Counted from the whole stretch's first letter, positions 38,952 to 52,930 are shown. The stretch: 63,985 nt of DNA, filler included, from Octopus bimaculoides (GCF_001194135.2; 6 parts of 5 records of this genome joined end to end with filler, not necessarily neighbours in it), one strand, 5' to 3'. Translations and numbers: made by a program. Notes: generated from the letters alone by a model not told the origin.

Positions 38952-39051
38952 NNNNNNNNNNNNNNNNNNNNNNNNNNNNNNNNNNNNNNNNNNNNTTAAT
39001 TAATTAANNNNNNNNNNNNNNNNNNNNNNNNNNNNNNNNNNNNNNNNNNNN
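38952..39051. other. Artificial contig linker
   Basis: N44-TTAATTAATTAA-N44. Confidence 0.97.
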
Positions 39052-39520
39052 AGAAATGATAAAGAGCTGGAAACACTACTACAGACAGTAAATGGATTTA
39101 CCAAGGAAATAGATATGAAATTCGGATTAGAAAAATGTGCCAAAGCAACCCTGAAAAGAGGAAAATTAGTTAAGAGTAGCAACATCACACTAGATAAAGC
39201 CAATGAAGTAAGAGAACTAAACGAAAGCCAGTCATACAAATATTTAGGAGTCAATGAACTAGATAGGATACAACACACAAATGAAAGAAAAAATAAAGAA
39301 AGAGTATTATAGACGAGTTAGATCAATACTAAAAACAGAGCTCAATGCTAAAAACAATATAATAGGTATTAACACTTTAGCCGTCCCAGTTATAAGTTAC
39401 AGCTAGAATATCCTTAACTGGACACTAAACGAACTATCTAAAATAGACAGGAAAACAAGAAAAATAATGACAGGATATAGGATGCACCACCCAAAATCTG
39501 ACATAGGCTATATATACAAC
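39052..39520 (+). mobile_element. Dong/R4-like LINE RT/thumb fragment
   Basis: MKFGLEKCAKATLKRGK, YKYLGV, RRVRSILKTELNAKN..IGINTLAVPV and MHHPKSD. Confidence 0.8.
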
Positions 39521-39529
39521 GTACAGAAG

Positions 39530-40340
39530 GTGGTAGGGGTCTTCTCTATTTGTCGTCAATACTTACTGAACAGAGGACTGGATTTGTTGTGGCTGATGAT
39601 GCGTAGTCATGCGCTGAGGCAGCGACTTTTTCAGAAATTCTTACACTGTGAAAATGTGTGGTTCTGTTTGACAGACACGTTTTTTCACATATTGTCAAAC
39701 TCTCACAGTTCTTTACCAATCTGGCAACACGGCTAGTAGAAGTTTCCCATTGCCGTTCTATAAAGGGTTGGTCGCGTGCAAGAGCGATGATATTCTCGGG
39801 GGTGTTCTGGACGTCGACGAAAATCAACTAGCTGGTTTATTCCAAAGAACTTTTCGGTCCCTGACTTATAGACAATTTCCAGAAATCTTTGCCTTGGCAG
39901 TGCTAGGAGAGGGCGTTGCCGATTCGAGATATATTAACAAGCGCGGAGATGCCGTCAGTTGGGTCCGCACAAGATGTGCGCAGTCACGTAACTCTTCTCT
40001 GCGCACTAGTGCCGTGTCCGAGCATTTCTGACATGTGGAGTTACGTCAAATACAGGCTGTCGCGTGTAGGACGGATCCAGCTATCACCTCTCTCCACTGT
40101 GAAAATACTATCGACATCTTCTTTTTGCCACGTAGGACATGCAGGCTTTATCTGACTGATGACCAACCATAGCGAAAGTTCTGCGGAGGAGGAGACTGAA
40201 TGGACTAATGACAGGCAGCTTTCAAGCTCCGCTTCAAAATTTTCAAGTTTCACTTGAAAAAGAAAGTGAGGATGCGATTGGCAAACATTGTCAACTTGAA
40301 AGGATCTACCTGTGGATTGAAGGAGGACTACAGTAAGAGG
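39530..40340 (+). mobile_element. Tx1/L1 ORF2 C-terminal fragment (post-RT, CCHC finger region)
   Basis: WLMMRSHALR; frameshifted RTRCAQS..LCALVPCPSISDMWSYV resembling CPRC..ETVLHAL..CP; FHLKKKVR. Confidence 0.65.
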
Positions 40341-40384
40341 GCAACTGCTCTACTCGTCAGAATGACATTGTCAACAATTTTCAT

Positions 40385-40888
40385 ATTTTTCTGTCAAGAT
40401 TACATATTTCAGTAATTACCAGTTAATGATATTGAAACTGCAAGTCACGACCGGTATGGCTAAAGTATTGATCGCTTCGATCCTGTTTCTTGCATTTAGC
40501 TCTGTCTTGAGTATAGCTCTCACCCTGCGATAACATTCTCTTTTAATTCTTTCCCTCATCACTGAATGTTTGATTCCGCCCCCTTCAATTACCCCTAGGT
40601 ATTTGTAGCTTTCCGCTGGTTCTAACTCCTCAATGACATTCTACTGGTCAAGGTTAACGTTAGCTGTTTCTGTCATTTTTCCTTTGATAAAGGTAGCTTT
40701 TGCATATTTATCGGGGCCAAATTGCATCCTGATGTCATCACTGAATTGTTTAACAATCGCTGGTAAGCCTTGTAGTTGTTGGTCATTTTTCGCAAGGAGC
40801 TTTAAATCATCCATGTAAATGAGATGATTTATATTTTTATCAAACATTTTATAACCGTACTGTACATCATTGAGCAATTTCGAGAGAG

Positions 40889-40890
<2 letters not shown>
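40385..40890 (-). mobile_element. Dong/R4-like LINE RT fragment abutting (TAA)n
   Basis: NHLIYMDDLKLLAK, MQFGPDKYAKATF, YKYLGV and RRVRAILKTELNARN. Confidence 0.85.
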
Positions 40891-40950
<60 letters not shown>

Positions 40951-40952
<2 letters not shown>

Positions 40953-41114
40953 CGGTAGCACGCCAGACAAAGTACTTAGAAGTATTTCCTCTGTCTTTAC
41001 CTTCTTAGTTTAAATTCCGCACAGGTCGACTTTGTCTTTCAACATTTCGGGCTCAATAAAGTAAGTGCCAGTTCAGTATTTCAGTATTACTGGCCTTGTA
41101 GCAAAATCTAAAAC

Positions 41115-41115
<1 letters not shown>
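40951..41115 (+). mobile_element. SINE family 3 fragment embedded in an (ATT)n array
   Basis: Homologous to 27659-27810; flanked on both sides by (ATT)n. Confidence 0.7.
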
Positions 41116-41184
<69 letters not shown>

Positions 41185-41189
41185 AACAA

Positions 41190-44100
41190 AAGGGAACTAG
41201 AAGAATGCCTGCTCTGCTACCACCACTACAAGAAAGGCATTCAGAAAACCAAAACCACAATCCCTGTGGCAACAACAACCTCAACAGCGGAATTCTATCA
41301 CAAAAACGACACCAACAACTGTTTCATTGGAAACGAACAGCGCTCAACCATCGCTACAAACTGGCGATACAAATATACCATTCAATCCCGACATTGTGGA
41401 TTCCGAAACCTTATCGTGCGTTCAGAGAGAATTGAATCCGTCGCAAAAGACTTACGTCGGAGAAAAAAGAAAGAACGGTTCTAAAAAAGGCCGTCTCAAG
41501 TTCAAAGCCAAAAGACAAGGCGAGAAAAGTCTATCTGCTTACAATTTATCACATACACTAACAAAAACACTGACAGGTTCACCAAAATCCCAACAACAAA
41601 AGTAATACACACATATTCAACCACAATCATAGTTACAACAAAAAGCACCAAAACCAAAACAAATGATGATGAAAAGCAACTATCATAATGGCAACATATA
41701 CGACCGAATACAGAACCTGAATCTCTTATCAATTCCACAATTGTTCGCAAGAGCAACAGCGAGCTGATGCAGGAAATAACGAGTAATACAAACATTCTTA
41801 CAAAAGGGAAGAGTTTCGACGAACATTTGTCGAAAACTCAACATGGTGGACAATTAATAAAAATTGACGCAAACACAAGTATAGAACTTAAAAAAAGTAT
41901 CCGGCAGATATTGGGTCCTTTAGATTAAAGCTCGGCAAGATGTCTATGAGTCCGTCAATAATTCTGTTTCCACAAACGAGGCAGCTGAATCAGCCGGCCT
42001 ACTCAAAACCGAAATGCCTTCTCCCCGTTTCGTTTCTCTGATGAATATGGTTGTTCTCAGAGTTAGGTGTGTGAATGTACGTGGCTTGGGGTCAGCTTCG
42101 AAGCAAGGTAATTTTCTCAACGACCTCAGGCCATTCGATTTAGACGTGGCCACAATTAGCGAGACAAAGATTTCTAATGCGCAATCTCTAGCGTCCATTT
42201 TCGATGACTATGCGATATTCTCGTCTCGTGGTCTGTCGGGAGTGGGTGGCGTTGTCGCAGTGCTATTCCGAAAATCCTTAGATCTCGAAATATAGGCAAT
42301 CTTAGATGGTAGGTGGTGGTCTTGGACATGGGCGGCAGCGAAGATGGCGCATTTAGACAGTTGGCCGATTATGCCCCTACAAGGGATGGAAGGCCGTATT
42401 TCTTGAGGCGTCTAGAAACTTTTCTGGGAACGTCTCGCACTTTAACAGTAGTGGTGGGCTGGAATAATATTTTGGACGCATGGAAGGAGTGTGGAACTAA
42501 TACATAGCAGAAGTGGGCGTAAAAGCATCGAAAACCTGCTCAGAGACTTCCAACTGTCTGAGAGGTATCGACTGAATTTCTCTGATGTGCCTGCGTAGAC
42601 ATACAGCAGCCACCACGGGTTAGCCAGATCATATCTACATAGAATATTTGTTAGCTCAGCGGATAAGGATAGCATAGGTTGTTCATAATACAAATTGGCA
42701 CGCTAACAAAAACTATAAATTTGTAATCTGCACAATCGATATATATAGGATCCGTAGACAGGGACTCGGTTACTGGGAGAGTTGAACGTGTCCCTAATAG
42801 CATGCAAAGACCGCAAGGACCGGATTTATGAGCTAGTTAAGCGGCAGTTGATGGCAGTCGTCAACAACAGGTGGTGGATTGTACTAAAGAGGACGATTAG
42901 TGTAGAATCGGTAGCGTTTAGCAAAGAACTAATAATAGAAATAAATAAATAAATTAGAGCGAGAACTAATTAGCAAACTGGAAGAGGCGTTTGGTAAAGG
43001 CATCGCAATCGACGTGCTAGCGGCGAGAATGGCTCTTCACCATTTTTTTGAGGCGAAACACGGAGGCTGTGTTGTCAGGGCTAAGGTCCGTACACTCAAA
43101 CGTCAAGTAACTAAAGCTATCCGGTGGACCCGAACGATGGAGACGTAACGTGGCAACAAATTGGAACGGACGCGTAACGTGACAACAAATTGGGACGGAC
43201 GCGTGCTACTTGGTTCCGAGCAGATGTGTACGGCTTTCCAACAGCATTTCTCGCGGCAATTTGGGGAGTTAGATAGCTCGACGACGGCAGCGGACCTTCG
43301 GTTATACATGGACAGCATGCCGCGGTTTTCTGCTGCAGAAGCGAGGTCCTGCGAAGGGCCGATAACTGCCGCCGAGATACATGAAGCGATGAGCAATTGC
43401 ACAAGTCACAAATCACCTGGTTTGGACAGTCTGCCTTTTGAATTCTATGAGTTCATGTCAGTTTTTTTGGCGGAATCTTAGCAAACGTCCATCGCAACTG
43501 GCAGCAGAATGGGAGAATTCCTAGTGCTGTTAGCCTGGCTGTAGTAACGCTGTTGAGGAAGGGTGCTGACAATGGGGACGTGATAGGGAATTTTCGGCAT
43601 ATACCCCTGCTAAACACAGAGTTTAAGGTTTTGGTCAAGATGTTAGCGAAAATATTGGCGCTTGTCGTCTGGTCGGGGAAGTACAAACGCGCGCATCCCG
43701 AACAAGTCTATCCACGACAACCTCCACCTCATGCGATATATCATTGATAGAGTTACGACTAAAGATGACTTCAGTGTGGCTCTGATCCATTTGAATTACT
43801 TCAAAACATTCGATTGGGTCGACAATCGTCTTGAAAGCGGTTGGTTTCAAACCCGTTTTCAGGATCTGAATCGCTGAAATTGACAACGGCACCTGCTCAG
43901 TGGTCAAAGTAAACTGCCACCAATCGGAACCGTTTTGTATCGCACACTCGGTCCGTCAGGGCTACCTGCTATCGTGTCTTTTATACATGCTGGCACTCGA
44001 GCCACTGCTGTGGAAGTTGGAACAGTTGAGCTGCATCCCTTTCGAACTGGGACACGAATGGGCAGTATCGGTGTACGCGAATGACGTCACCGTCTTGGTA

Positions 44101-44372
44101 TCGAACATGTCCGAAGTGGAGACAGTCGGCACCTGCGCCACAGAAATACAAGCTGTTTTAGGGCCAAAATCAATGCTGACAAATCGGTCGTCTTGCGACT
44201 AGGCACTTAGAGAGGTAGGTCAATGACATCGGACGGCGTTGTTAGACTTTGGACTGTCGGACCAGTTAAACTGCTTGGAGTCTGGTTCGGTCCTGACATC
44301 CAAGTGGATAAGAACTGGGACGAAGTGACAAACAGGGTGGCCAATCTTACCCAAATACTATCCCATAATCCA
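41190..44372 (+). mobile_element. Tx1/L1-clade LINE (ORF1 tail, APE, RT), truncated and degenerate
   Basis: APE: VRCVNVRGLGS, DVATISETK, VVGWN. RT: SPGLDSLPFEFY, NFRHIPLLNTEFKVLVKMLA, SVRQG.LLS.LLY..ALEPL and VYANDVT (YADD equivalent). Confidence 0.9.
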
Positions 44373-44686
44373 ACACAATTATTAAACAAACAACACGAAG
44401 GTTTCTCCTCTTGTGTTCATAAATTCTTTAATACCTTTCGATTTTACCAAAGACGTAAATGCAGTAAGATCAGTCCCTCTGTGTTATCATCTTACATATT
44501 ACTTTCATTTAAACAAGTTAGGATATACTTATTAAAATTACTTAGTATATTTACCTTATCTTATTTCAACTGCTGAAGGCAAATTCACGGCAGTTACCGT
44601 GGAGAAAAATTCTCTCTTATGGTAAAAAAATGTAAATATATGTGTGTGTTTGTGTGTGTGCGCGCTTGTGTATAAACGCACATGTA

Positions 44687-45218
44687 TGCGGGTTGTACCG
44701 AAAGTAATACAAAAGCGGTCATGATTTTTTAAAAATTAACTGATGTGATATTAACTGACTTCACAGTCACTTTCATTTCGTCACTGTTCCTGAAAATTGC
44801 CCTTCATTGGACTGAACAGGTAGATCTCGGAGGGTGTAAGATCAAAGCTGTGCCGTGGATGGGAGACTCCTGACCAACCCAGTTTTCCGATTACTTAATT
44901 TATTGCCAAAGATGTGTGTAGTCGCCGTTAATGATTTCCTACTATGCGGTTTGTTTTCAGTTTAGGGTTCCCATCCTTTAAACTTCGTCCATCTGTGTAC
45001 ATCTCCGTAAACAACATGTAGACTTCTGTGGATGTTCAACAGCCTGCTCTTCTGCCTTCATCAAAAATTCAATGACGACACGTTGCTTCTGTTCGGAAAG
45101 CATTTTTCACCAGCATTGAAGAACTAAGAGAAGAGTTACTCTGTCAATAGGTGTAATTTATGTTAGTTAACATAAACCTTATGATTATTTTTGAATTACT
45201 TCTGGTGCAACCCTTTCA
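44687..45218 (-). mobile_element. mariner-derived deletion element (MITE-like)
   Basis: TIRs GGGTTGTACCGAAAGTAAT and ATTACTTCTGGTGCAACCC, flanked by TA; internal remnant resembling the transposase N-terminus (QRVVIEFL). Confidence 0.65.
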
Positions 45219-47567
45219 TAAAGATATACATGAATTTTAAGACTAGCAACTAAATTATTAAAAGAAACTGGACTGTTGTATATATTCATTTGAGAGCCAA
45301 TCTACTCACGATCAAACATGCAGTGTATACTTGCTTTGCCGAACATATACGATGTTTTATGCGGTAAGACATAAGTAACTTCATTCTCCTTACTGTGTGC
45401 GCTCTTCTTATCAATCTTGATTTTAGTATTTTAAGATGTTTATGTTATTTATACGAACACAAACATACCCGCATACACACATACATTTACACATAAGAAC
45501 CCCTTGATGTCATTACGAATACTAGTATCATAATCGCTAGCAACCTCACCTGTACTACATTACCATCACTCCATCACAAAGACTATAATTCTTCTAAAGA
45601 GGGGACATACTCCAGTCCAGATCAGTTACCAATATTGGAGATCTACTTTCATATATGCTGCAACTATACACACAAGACCCCACGATCGAACCTAAGAGGC
45701 CTTCTGACTGATTGGAAAACATTGAATCACGACAACATTACAACCACCATGTGAAGATGTGTTGCATCTTCCCTCTGCATCTTCTGTTGCTAGAATAATA
45801 ACCTATATTCTTCAGAATCGGGAAACTTTGTATATTCTCTGATCCACTGTCTCTCTTTTTCTGATTACTATGTCTCAAACCCCAAATCCAGCATTTAACA
45901 GTGCTAGGACTCAATCCTTCCTTAATTACCGGAAAAACAGTCCTCTCAAATTGCCTCCACGACCATGTTTTACTGATATTCGAGATGAACAATCATCTGC
46001 ATCTGTTTGCCATACATAAGAGTATATACACTTCTAACACACGGCTATAAGAAAATACTAAATACAGTCGTTCCTGCACAGTTGATCACTGTCAAATAAC
46101 ACAAACATTACACATAAACGTGCAATGAAGGAGAGAGAAATTCCGAAGTCTGCTTAGAAACAATCGTCGAGAAACAGAAACAGCGGTAGAACATGTACAA
46201 TGGCAGTCTGATTCCTGCGAAAGATAACGAAATTACTCGAGAGGGAAATGTCTCTGGATTCGAGTCTTAAAGATTTCAAACATAAAAAAACTTAAATGCA
46301 CTTGAAAATTACCACCTTTGTTTAATAAAGAATATAGAATGTAGGAACAGAAAGAACGGTTTTCTACACATACTAAAGTCGAACTAAAATGAAAAAAAAC
46401 CTCTTCAATAATCTATTCATATTTTCTAACAAAACAAATAGCTGGGTGTAGGGGATTCCCTACCCAGTCAATATGAATGATGGTTACAGTCATTAGAATA
46501 AGAGGAAAAGGACGAAGAGTGACTGTGCGCAGGATGGGAAAGGTAGCAGAAAGAGCCTCTTTTTGATTATATAGCTAGAGAAATGAGTTAAGCTGGAAGC
46601 CGGGTAGGGGTGGGGTGATGAGCAGTGATTTGGCCACAAATGGGAGGACGTGGTTCAGGGTCGAAACACTCGATGATCGTTGACTACCGTTTGATGACAT
46701 TAATTTCTCCTGATCAAAGCTACGTTCTTTTAGATGCTATTTACAAAATAAGTATACGTAATTGACAGTGACATCGAAGCTAGACATAACACAGTTACTG
46801 AGCCCTCTATTCGGCTTTTTTATGAATATAATACACTTTTGATTATTCATACGTATACTTATATATATATAAGTGCACATACATACATGCACACATAGAA
46901 ATAGATCTATGAATATACATAATATAATTCAAAATATATAAATATAAATATACATACATATATGTATATGTGTGTGTGTTTGTGTGTGTGTGTGTCTGTG
47001 TAACGAATGTATGCACCAAATAAACGAGTGGAAAAATATTAGTTTGATATTGCCTTTATTTTATCGTTACAGTGTAGGATACAACTTCTTAGAGTTGCTG
47101 TGATACAAAAATTATTTGCATTTCTGTCATCCATGCGTAGGTAGAAGTTCATATGTGAGTGACTGCTAGAAGACGTAAGTAAAAAGGAGCAAGAAAGAGT
47201 AAAAGAATTTACCTCGCTGTGTTGATTAGAAGAGAAGGTGAAAGTTGTATAGTCCCGTGGTGATAAGTCATTACTGAAGGGCAATTTTGGACAGCCGCCA
47301 GGCGAAAAAACGTCGAATTGGGTCGGGGTACTGTATTTATATTTTTCCTAACTAAATTAGGTCAGGCCAAACAAAGTATTTTGTCTTCGTTGTCTTGTAT
47401 GAACTTTTGGCACCCGCAAATGGTTTGTTAAAGAGTAGAACTTATCTCTATGGGAAAGCTGACTCTCATAAATGTTTTAGTGCAAATACCGAGAACAATA
47501 GGAAAGAACTCGTAGAAAAATCTAGACTGGGTTTCGAATCTTGGCCAAGAATTTAGGAAGCAATTGG

Positions 47568-47623
<56 letters not shown>

Positions 47624-48864
47624 NNNNNNNNNNNNNNNNNNNNNNNNNNNNNNNNNNNNNNNNNNNNNNNNNNNNNNNNNNNNNNNNNNNNNNNNNNNNN
47701 NNNNNNNNNNNNNNNNNNNNNNNNNNNNNNNNNNNNNNNNNNNNNNNNNNNNNNNNNNNNNNNNNNNNNNNNNNNNNNNNNNNNNNNNNNNNNNNNNNNN
47801 NNNNNNNNNNNNNNNNNNNNNNNNNNNNNNNNNNNNNNNNNNNNNNNNNNNNNNNNNNNNNNNNNNNNNNNNNNNNNNNNNNNNNNNNNNNNNNNNNNNN
47901 NNNNNNNNNNNNNNNNNNNNNNNNNNNNNNNNNNNNNNNNNNNNNNNNNNNNNNNNNNNNNNNNNNNNNNNNNNNNNNNNNNNNNNNNNNNNNNNNNNNN
48001 NNNNNNNNNNNNNNNNNNNNNNNNNNNNNNNNNNNNNNNNNNNNNNNNNNNNNNNNNNNNNNNNNNNNNNNNNNNNNNNNNNNNNNNNNNNNNNNNNNNN
48101 NNNNNNNNNNNNNNNNNNNNNNNNNNNNNNNNNNNNNNNNNNNNNNNNNNNNNNNNNNNNNNNNNNNNNNNNNNNNNNNNNNNNNNNNNNNNNNNNNNNN
48201 NNNNNNNNNNNNNNNNNNNNNNNNNNNNNNNNNNNNNNNNNNNNNNNNNNNNNNNNNNNNNNNNNNNNNNNNNNNNNNNNNNNNNNNNNNNNNNNNNNNN
48301 NNNNNNNNNNNNNNNNNNNNNNNNNNNNNNNNNNNNNNNNNNTATATATATAATCTACTGTTCTGTGATAGAAAATTCAACAAAAAAGCACTCCATCTGG
48401 TGAAAGATAAATATTATTTATTTAAAGTACACAATACATGTTTTTAAGTGCTACAAATAGTTTCATACGTTGAGAAATATCTCAAACATACTCATCAGGT
48501 ACAAACCACATATTATAACGAACAAAAAAATTGAATAAGAGAAGAGACACGGAAAACTGAGAAAGCAGCATATAGAAAACGTGGAAGGTTACAAAAGCAG
48601 AAAACGAAAAACAGAAAACAAAAACACAAAAACTAAAAAGTAAAAGGTAAACCAGTAAATTATAAGGCTGGAAAGATATCAACAAGTTAATCAGGAATAG
48701 GCGAAATTTTCCAATTCTTCAAAATATATTTATACATATGCTTGCAATTGCTAAAAATTTCAGACCTAGAGTTTAGTAGAGAGTTAGGAATTTGAACAAT
48801 ATTTGCGCTCTTTCAGCTAAGCAAAACCTACATTTATTCGATCCATTAACATAGGTATGTATTT

Positions 48865-49215
48865 CTCAGTTACTTTCCACTTAACCAAATGTGGTGTTTC
48901 GTTAACTTTCAAAGTCCATACGTAGCTAGCCAACTGAGTAGCTTTGCTCTTGTCCTTATGCCGGAGGCTATGTGATTGGCATGGCGATTTTTAAATTCTC
49001 TTTCACATAATCCAGTATAGGTCTTCTTATCTGATATATTATTATTTAGGGTTGTTGTAACTTCTGCCTCATATCTGATAGATTTCATCATACATTAGAT
49101 CTAAGATCTCTAACTCTCTACTGAACTTTACGTCTGAAATTTTCAGTTGTTTGACTCATTTGTTCACTGAGGTTTTCCATACTATTCTGTCTTCAGCTAT
49201 CTTTTCCGAAGTGTG
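48865..49215 (-). mobile_element. Penelope-like GIY-YIG remnant
   Basis: SIRYEAEV..KKTYTGLCEREFKNRHANH. Confidence 0.7.
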
Positions 49216-49216
49216 T

Positions 49217-49920
49217 ATATGTAAATATATAAAAATAAAAAGATAAAGAGAGCAATGGTAAGGTTGGAGAAGTATTTTATGGATAGAGTCTTACAGCTGT
49301 TTCTGGGAAGATCCAGTACTTCCCTTCATCGGAGATAGAAAAAATAAAGGAATCTATTATTATATCCATAGGCGGATAGTTTTAGTATGAAGTGGTATAG
49401 AGTGTGATGCGCTGAAAAAAAGGAGAGAACAGTACTTGAAGTGTAGTTTCATTCCAGTAGTAAATATCCGTGTAAAAATCCGTGTAAAGTAATCCTTGTG
49501 GGGATAATCAGGAAATAGATGTTGGAGTAAAGGCTGATACAGCATAGATAGCAGAGGTGAATATATGCCATACTGCGTTCGATGATTTTTGCTTGTTTAC
49601 TTGAAGAATGTCCAACATCTATTTCCGGATTATCCCCACAAGGATTACTTTACACGGATTTTTACACGGATATTTACTACTGGAATGAAACTACACTTTA
49701 AGTACTGTTCTCTCCTTTTTTTTCAGCGCATCACACTCTATACCACTTCATACTAAAACTATCCGCCTATGGATATAATAATAGATTCCTTTATTTTTTC
49801 TGTCTCCGATGAAGGGAAGTACTGGATCTTCCCAGAAACAGCTGTAAGACTCTATCCATAAAATACTTCTCCAACCTTACCATTGCTCTCTTTATCTTTT
49901 TATTTTTATTTTTATATATT

Positions 49921-49927
<7 letters not shown>
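49217..49927. repeat. ~310-bp inverted repeat (PLE pseudo-LTR pair) with an 84-nt spacer
   Basis: 49217-49526 is the near-perfect reverse complement of 49611-49927. Confidence 0.92.
49801..49851 (+). ncRNA. Minimal type I hammerhead ribozyme motif (PLE-associated); mirror copy at 49288-49335 on -
   Basis: Stem I GTCT/AGAC; core CCGATGA; stem II GGGAAG/CTTCCC; GAAA; palindromic ACAGCTGT stem III; GUA cleavage triplet. Confidence 0.7.
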
Positions 49928-49965
<38 letters not shown>

Positions 49966-51052
49966 CTAGTAAGTGTGTGACAGGTTCAAAAAGAAGCTAT
50001 GCTCAACACCACGTTGGTTAAAACACTCAAAGTAAGTCTGAGACTGAATGACTTAGTCCGACAAATCATTTGATAACATACACATATAATTTCAATATTT
50101 TCTTTATATGACACATTTAACATCTATTCTTCCTTTTTATTTAATTCAGATGTGTATGAATTCTTCACAATATACAAGTAAATATACTTGCAAATGTATT
50201 GAGCATGACTAGTCATCGAAATTAGATTGGTTGCACAACAGCACTGAGAAATGCGTTACTCATCTAATTGTCATGCGCAGAATCTATGTAATATTCACCT
50301 ATTCTTATAGAAAAGTATGTGATACTTCAATGTTTTCAGGAACATACTTACGAAGCACATGTGAGCATGGACGGTGGCTTTTGTTAATGAATTTTCAGAG
50401 TTAATGAAAAACATTAGTTTCTTTTACATTATTCGATCATCTATCAGGCTATAGTGAATCTATTCTGTAGGAAATAAACTGTTTTAGTCAGTTGGTAGTT
50501 AGAAATTCCTCAATAAATAGTAATGTAAGTGACTGCAAAATTCTCTAATTCCGATCTCTTGTCCAAAATGGCAAAAGACTGAAATAGAATTTTACATATG
50601 TTCAAAAGACACTAATATAGTGGGAGATGTGTTCCATATTGGTTTGTAAATTGACAAAATTGTACATCTTACTTATTTCAAAATCGATTCCGCTTCGCTG
50701 AATTCAGTCTTTACCGCAATGATGGACTACTAATCATTTTCGCAGTATGAATGGCCACATAATGGAAACTATTTGAAAGGACATCATTGACATATTTAAA
50801 GAATTAAATATTGTGATAATAGCTTAGATATAAGTCTTGATTTATGTGTTGTTAAACACTGCTCTTAAAAGTACATGAGAAATTGCAATATATTTAATAT
50901 AAATTTTGATCACCTCTGCAAATTAAAAAAAATTTAGTTAATATCACGAACAATTGCATATCCGGTTTATTCGATGATGTCCAGTTTATTAAGTAACGAG
51001 CAATTTTTTAACCATGTTGTTCTTTATAACCATTGCGCATTAAAAGACAGTT

Positions 51053-51315
51053 CAGTAATCCCTCGACTATTGCGCGTGTTACGTTCCAAAACCCCACGCG
51101 ATAGGTGAAAATCCGCGGAGTAGAAACAGTACTGTACTGTATATATATTTTTAATTTTTCTAATTTGTATATATTTATTTTATTATAAATGCAAAACAAC
51201 ACCACGGAGGAATCGACGTAAGCTTTAATAATGTACAGTGATAGGTGAACCGCGATAGGTGAACCGCGATAGGTGAACCGCGATAGGTGAACCGCAATAT
51301 GGCGAGGGATTACTG
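51053..51315. mobile_element. Tigger/pogo-like MITE with an internal 14-bp tandem (GATAGGTGAACCGC x4)
   Basis: TIRs CAGTAATCCCTCG..TATTGCG and CGCAATA..GCGAGGGATTACTG-TA. Confidence 0.75.
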
Positions 51316-51344
51316 TAGCTTGAAAGATAGAGTGCATTACATAG

Positions 51345-51545
51345 AGAACAACACTAATATTCATAAAAGAAAAGTTAAGAAACTAAATATTATGTATTAT
51401 AACCCTCCCTATAGTTTGAATGTTAGTTTTAATGTTGCCATGGTTTTCCTAGATGTTATAAATAAGCATTCCTTCATAGACCATAGATAGATATAAGTCC
51501 TTTAAAAGAAATAACGTTAAGGCAATTTACAGTTACATCACAAGC
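51345..51545 (+). mobile_element. Penelope-like fragment (post-RT region)
   Basis: NIMYYNPPYSLNV..VFLDVINKH, resembling the IIWFNPPYS motif. Confidence 0.65.
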
Positions 51546-51720
51546 CGTCGACGCTTCCATAACACATACAGTAGTACATAATTTCAGCAACCATATTTGC
51601 CTTCTCAAAGGTATGTGTTTTACAAAATAATTACTTTATTGATCTAAGCTCCCACCACCTTGAAGATAATAGGTAAAAGAAACGGTAGAATTTCCTAAAA
51701 ATCTCTTTAAATAAGGTTTC

Positions 51721-51781
<61 letters not shown>

Positions 51782-51829
51782 CACACACAGAGACACACAG
51801 ACAGACACACATTTCGTGTGATCAGTGTG

Positions 51830-52085
51830 GTCGTGTCTGCTTCTGAAAGGCAGACCTACTCAGCTACAAGCGTCAACCAATCTGATATCCGGCATGCTCT
51901 CTCGTGCACCTTGTGTAACAGAGTGTGTGGGTCAGCCAGTGGACCCACTCAGCTTTGTAGGTTGCGGCCAGTGCCAGGCTGTTGCTGGAAGGCTGACTTG
52001 TGGTCGGTACAGAATGATTTGTAGATCCCTTTCAGGACTTAGGAGCCATATGAGACGCCATCAACGATGGGGAGACCAAACGTGA
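51830..52085 (+). mobile_element. Probable 3' end of an RTE-type LINE ORF with C2H2-like fingers
   Basis: CTLCNRVC and ICRSLSGLRSHMRRH, frameshifted; no obvious exon context. Confidence 0.45.
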
Positions 52086-52414
52086 GATTTTTCTTAGAGA
52101 AAATGGATTTAAGGAATGATCTTACTCGGTCACGTGTCGACTTCCACCATACATGTATATACAAATCTATATATCGTTACTAGTATATTAATCTGTCGTA
52201 TGTTCAAATTTGGCCAAATGCGTTTTTTCAATATTTATTTTTGCTTCCTGGTTCTTTTGGTGAAACTATCGTATCTCCAGCTGCTTCAGATGCCAAGATA
52301 TCAAAAATTGTCAAAGTGTAGTACAACGGTTTTGCTATGGAATTATGAGACTATATTTTTCGTTTTCTGAAAAAGTAACGTTTGGACTTACGACACTTTT
52401 GTATAATAGCAACG

Positions 52415-52492
<78 letters not shown>

Positions 52493-52852
52493 CACTATTC
52501 AGTTTTATTTCAAGATTTCTTGTCAATAGAGAAAGAGNNNNNNNNNNNNNNNNNNNNNNNNNNNNNNNNNNNNNNNNNNNNNNNNNNNNNNNNNNNNNNN
52601 NNNNNNNNNNNNNNNNNNNNNNNNNNNNNNNNNNNNNNNNNNNNNNNNNNNNNNNNNNNNNNNNNNNNNNNNNNNNNNNNNNNNNNTGGTTCTTTTGGTG
52701 AAACTATCGTATCTCCAGCTGCTTCAGATGCCAAGATATCAAAAATTGTCAAAGTGTAGTACAACGGTTTTGCTATGGAATTATGAGACTATATTTTTCG
52801 TTTTCTGAAAAAGTAACGTTTGGACTTACGACACTTTTGTATAATAGCAACG

Positions 52853-52930
<78 letters not shown>

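Noticed and set aside
39546-40253. Minus-strand ORFs resembling an integrase or APE
   Set aside because: The plus strand gives a better, coherent Tx1 ORF2 C-terminus; these ORFs are antisense shadows.
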